DNA from: Marsupella aquatica
Taxonomy: Eukaryota; Plantae; Marchantiophyta
Direction: 5' to 3'
Assembly (NCBI GenBank): GCA_973895155.1
Contig: OZ316895.1
Span: forward strand, 9,288,184 to 9,352,183
Length of the DNA: 64,000 nucleotides
The position numbers were made by a program, and so were the translations under genes. Under the pieces are notes generated by a model, which worked only from the letters and a program-made list of their open reading frames with translations, was not told the origin of the DNA and made no database searches. Shown here piece after piece: positions 58,601 through 64,000 of the stretch (within the stretch, counting starts at the first letter, position 1; each line of letters opens with the position of its first letter).

Positions 58601-61600
58601 ACTGTGGCAACTTCCTAAAGGGGCATGGGGCTCACCGTCTTGTGATGGACGTCCATATCGAGTGCCAGAAAGCACGTGACTTTTAGTGTCGTTTGCGACG
58701 GGACAATTTGCAAACACGACGGAACCTCCCACGACTGTACCTCCAGCGATGAAAACCCAAAAAGCAATTCTGTGAGTCTCATTCCGTCACGGAAAGGCTT
58801 CATCCCGTCGAGGCATGACCCGTGGGCTCCATCAACGGGCAGACGTGAGCCCGTCCACGTCTGACAAGTTTTGACACACCTTATTGTAAACAGGGTGTTG
58901 ACAATTTCACACCCTGCGTCTATCAGGGTCTCCAGCGCTATTGGGTTTTGCTTACTGGGAAATACCCAGCCTGATTAAGTCTTCTATTTTAGTTTATTGA
59001 CGGCAGAAGTCATGGCCAACTTAAAAGCAGTCCCAACCCTCTTGAGGATAAATTACTAAACCTGATTAAAATTTTGAGAACCCCAACAACAAAACCAGGA
59101 GGTGGGTAGAGACTTTGCAATCTCTTCCGTATCCAATGATCAGAAAACCCATTTCCTGACAACCCTAGGTTCCAATGAATGGGCTGAACTTGGCTTTTTC
59201 CATTTTGTTTACTGAGTTTGATCAACACCTCCTTACACTAACCAAACTCAGTAGGGTTGGAGATGCTCTTAGTACCTTGCAGAACCTTAGTTTGTGTATT
59301 TACTAACACCCTGTAATCACGGCATGGTGTGTCATAACTCCCCCAAGAATGAGCTTTATCTAAACAAGCCCTAAGAGGTTTTTCACTCTTATTATTTTCA
59401 GCCAAAATAGAGGAGAAGCTTCATAATTCCGGAATCCAAATCTGGTCCATGCATTCTGGTCCATTATAGCTCTAAAAACTACAAAGAGAAAAATGACTAA
59501 GAGCAACAAATATTCCCAACCTTTTCTTTCCCCAACATATGAACATGAATATAGATTAAAGTAATAACTAAATACTCTTTCTTCTTGAGACCAGAAAGAT
59601 TAAGTCACTCATCCATTGATTTTTCTGGGTTTTCTTTTGCAAAGTGGGTGGGCCTGTTAAGTATTCTTGCACCCGAGCTTTGGTTTCCCATCTTTTCCCC
59701 CGAAAGCAAAAAAGTCCACTGTCAACCTATCAGATGCATGATGTAGATGGAGAATCCGTGAAACTTAAATCCGTGAAATATTTTTCTTTTCTAATTTTTC
59801 TGTGCTGTATGCAAGAGATGCCAATCTCACGCTCTCCAAGGCCATTTTGAGATTTGCCTCTATTTGTCTGTCCATGAAATTGGTTTGTCTTCAAGTGTGA
59901 AGAAAGGAGAAATGGGATAAAAAGTAGTATAAGTGTGAAATCTTTGGGGCATTTGAAGTGGACCACTTCTTGCTACCAGGGAATTATGGGCAATAATAGC
60001 ATCTCCAAAGCTGGGCTAAAGCGTGGGTTTGTTGGGTCATTGTAGCCCACAATGCTCTTGAAACAGGGCTTTTGAAGTTTAATTTTCATGACCTAGTCCA
60101 CACAGGGAAGCCAGGGGCCATAAATTCATCCTAATATTGTCTTATATTTAGACTATACTTAATTAAACCCTTCCTAAGCATATTAGGGCTCGTGGTTGAC
60201 AATCTATATCAAAGTCTCTACAGCCAGCTTTTGTATACAGTGACGTCCCTGTAACACACAGCATTCACACCCCAAAAAACTAAGGCTTTACGATGTTTTC
60301 ATAAGAGGATGCTCATACACTTACAAGCTTAAGTGAATTTTTTCAATAACTGTCCAGTACAAATTTTGTGCCATGCATCTTTCTTAGAGAGATATGTTTA
60401 GTAGACCCCCTTCTGGAAAAAAGTTTGCTTAATCAAACCCCTCATACTTTTCCCCAATCTGGACCGTTGATGGACCTTTCGATCTCAGATCTAGACCATT
60501 GACAGACCTCAGGGTGTCGATCAACAAGTTTCATTTTGGGGGTCAATCAAACAAATTACTCATCTTTCTCATCACAAAGCATCAAAACTATAGAAAACTA
60601 CGAAGAGAATTTGCGAAGCTTTCAATTAGACAGACTTGGATATCAAGTCTCTCCGTATTGTTGTACTGCCCAGGTAACCCTAAGAGGCTAAGACCAACCA
60701 TTCTGCTTCGTATACTGTAGTTGATCTGCAAAAACCCAGAAGAGTCACCAATCTTGCGTGCACAGTGGAACTCCGTCTGTACCAATCCTTTTCATCAATG
60801 ATTGTACATCTGTGGTCCACCAAAACAGCAGACTTAGAGAAATGTTTGCAGGAAACATTGATGAGGACAAAACCACAGACGTGATGTTACAAGAACTGAA
60901 ACAAAACTTTGATCCCGATCACAGTGCAATTTCCTGGACCAAGAGAATTTAGAGAAGTACTGAGAAGGATTATTAAATGTAGAATTGTTTGGAAAATCCA
61001 AAAACTAAAACTAATCACTCAAACCTATAGAATTACCCTCTCCGTTGTCTTCAATGATGGGCAGTGAATTCTCCCTGTTGAATTCCTAAGGAAGGACGTT
61101 AAATGCCTACTGGTGCTTTTTTTCTATTGTATCAGTACGGTAATCATCACCAGTACAGTACTGAAAGCCATGGTGGTGTCGACTTTTCAATCTACCCAAC
61201 AATTTGCTTTCAGACTTGGCCCGACTGACTGACGTGCACTAGCTACCCCACATGGGCGACAGTTTTCTCAGCTCAGCTGCCGATCGACTCGGCTGATGTC
61301 GGCTGCTGCTTGCTTGTTTCCTGAGGACGAAACACTACTAAACATCGCTCTCTCTTTCGACAGAGCAGTATGATTGTCGTCGCCAATGAATGATGTGTTG
61401 CCCTTATCTGCTGTACTACTGAAGAAATAAAGTGACTCTACGTACTGGAGATGCGGTGTCTGGCCGTTATGTTCTCTGATTCTCTCGTCTCTGTGCTCTT
61501 CTCGCTGCACTACTACATTGTACATTCAGTGTACAGTTGGTACATTTGCTACGGAAACACAAATCACAATGTACTGGTTCATAGGTGCCGGTACTGTGCT

Positions 61601-64000
61601 AGTGTGCCGTAGGATCAGATCGGACGCCTCGTCGCTTGAGAGTATTATTCGTAGAACGCTAGACTTGCTGATGGCGGTTTGTGTATTGTAGCTCATTCGG
61701 TACGGAAGAAGATGTGGTTGTTCTTCGTTAGACTAGGGATCCGTCATTTGTTTGTGACATACTGTTACTACGGTAGATTGGCACTTTTTGTCAAAAATAT
61801 ACTAACTTCTCACATTGTTTTCATTCAATAACTACCCTTTTAAGATTATATAATAAATTAAAGGAGTGAGTAATTCGTTGACTCATGTAACGACAAGGCA
61901 CCAATTTCAGAGACTCACCCTGCTCCAATCTTTCTTTCACACCCACAAGTTCAGCTATGCCCCACAGTCATGGTGGAGAGTATTCACACTATAGGTCCTG
62001 AACAGTAGATTAATATTGCAATTGCATAGGTAGATTACTATATTGTCCCTTCTTTATCATAGATTTGAGTGACTTAACCATGGATAACTGCAAACCATGG
62101 ATAACTGGAAAATTCTATGGCAATGATCACTGCGTCTGAGAATTTGTCAGTTCCAGTAACCCTTGGATTAGGCAGATTAGGTAGAGAAGTGATTGTGGGG
62201 TGGAAGCCACTTAACCCATGACACAAAAGAGGGGCACTGTAGTAAATGTGGCGAGTCACTAATTTCCACCAATATAGGTGGCAATTCAGTAAAACCCAGT
62301 TGTTTTCAATGGCCTCTGAACTCTTGAAATTCAGCTATTAGCCTTGAAAGTGAATTTTCAGTAACCCATTCTAGTTGGTGCTTATACATGGCCTAAATAT
62401 TGTCGAAGGCTTCAACAATGTGGGAGTCAAATCTTTACAGTGCGAAGGCAGTAAACCCCTTCCAGCAAGTACTTAAAGAAGAAACTCTCTCGTGCAACGA
62501 GAAGTTGCAGAAACTGGATGGGAACTTCGAAACCTGGGATGGAACGTAAGAAAAACGTATTGCTGCTGAGAAGCTTGATTAATTAAATCAAACATTGAAT
62601 CTGCTACCCTTTGTCTTGGTGTGTTTGTTGCATTGCATGTCAAATTTACTTTCTTTTATTAGTTTGGCCCTTTTTGTCCGCTTTTCCATTTTATCAGTTG
62701 TTTTTAACTCTTTATAATAGTTAACAATGACAATGATCGGAGTACCTTTTTGCTCTCCTCTTTTGCCCCAGCCTAGTTTAGCCTTTCCTGTTAAAGCAAG
62801 TGGCTTCAATGAATGAACTTAGAACCAAAAACCGTGAACCAGAAACTAACACCAAAGTTTGCATACGCTTGCCCGTTCTGGTGTTTGGTGCATTACTGCA
62901 TTGTATAGCAAAAGCACTTTTTCTTTGAAATACTTCTACTACTTCTAGGCCAGAGAATACCCTTTTTCTCGTTTTGGCCCCATTTGCTTGAAGCAGGTGA
63001 CATTAATGAATCCGACAATGATTATTGCTCACACAGGTGTAAATACAAGTGCAATGACATGACCAGGGGCCAACAGACCTCGATGAGATGGCAGCTTTGA
63101 ACCAAAACCACCCACACCTCCACCTGCCTTCCCTACACACATGGAGAGTGCCAGAATTGAACCTTTAAATTTTTTTATCAGTTCGCATGTCCCAATGCCC
63201 TGGAAACCTGAGCTGGAGTAATTGGCCCCACGCAGATGCTTTGAGTTCGCCCACTTACTTTCGGTTAAGTGTTTGGCTTTTATTTGTTTTGAAAGCATTA
63301 CTTATTACTAACAAGTCAAACGCAATTGCAGAAACAAGGCACTCCAGCTGGTTGACACCGAGTGGGGGCTTCCATATCGTAGACAAAGTTTCCATGTCCA
63401 TATGAACTTATGAAGGGATCATGCTCTCACACTCCTATCATTTTTAATGAGAAAATGTAGAAAATGTGTGACTCATCATTTGACAACAAATGTGACAATT
63501 TTTTCGAAAATGAAGCCGGATAGACAACTAGGTTTGTCAAAATGCTCCCATTATTTTTGCAATTCAGATGGACCCCATTGTATTCATAATGTGACAAGGA
63601 ATATTCTCAATTAGTCCATCGAGTATGATTTTTGTCTCCATGGGAGTATCATTTTCCAATATTTTCCCTCTCTTATTCTTAGTAACACTTATTTCCTTGG
63701 ACACCATGTAGCAGCAGAATTGTACTCCCACTGGAACGTGCTGGATTTTTCTTTGCCCTCTTAATTGGGATGTGACAATGAGAAATCATCCCAACAATGT
63801 TGACACACCTATTGTTTTATACTTGATCCCAACAGGCTTGCTTTCAACTCCACTATTGGGAGGAGATTAGGATGCATGTGGTGCTTTGCCTGATTATAGA
63901 AATTATGGGAGGATGCACCAATGTAGTTGCCAAATGATATATGGGATAAGCATTGTCAGAGAACCAATGTTGTAGTGGCAATCTAGCACCACCTGTGCTA

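Noticed and set aside
59000-64000. Short ORFs in the last 5 kb
   Set aside because: No recognisable domains or consistent exon chain. Probably intergenic or old TE debris.

Overview
Eukaryotic land-plant genomic DNA with GT-AG introns. A non-seed plant such as a bryophyte is likely, but that is inference from gene style only. There are no rRNA or tRNA genes and no CRISPR array. Four apparently intact genes were reconstructed by hand with phase-consistent splicing: (1) a 2-exon polyphenol oxidase with a signal peptide (5782-10222,+); (2) a 15-exon 2OG-Fe(II) dioxygenase (19247-24306,-); (3) an intronless histone H2B (28636-29058,-); (4) a 9-exon chromatin protein combining a GATA-like zinc finger, a PHD finger and a SAP30/Sin3-binding domain (47136-49673,-). 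An orphan VAMP72 first exon and a decayed multi-exon gene are also present. Mobile DNA includes a complete 7.9-kb autonomous Helitron with both termini and an intact spliced RepHel ORF (32560-40449,-), an internally deleted relative of it (17378-18508), a 5'-truncated L1-like LINE with a TSD, an apparent 3' transduction and a nested tRNA-derived SINE, a second LINE 3' end, and a short LTR with its PBS at the window start. The strongest novelty candidates are the ZnF-PHD-SAP30 protein, the repeat-bearing N-terminal extension of the Helitron protein, and the secreted PPO with an atypical active-site gate. All homology calls rest on motif recognition; no database search was run.
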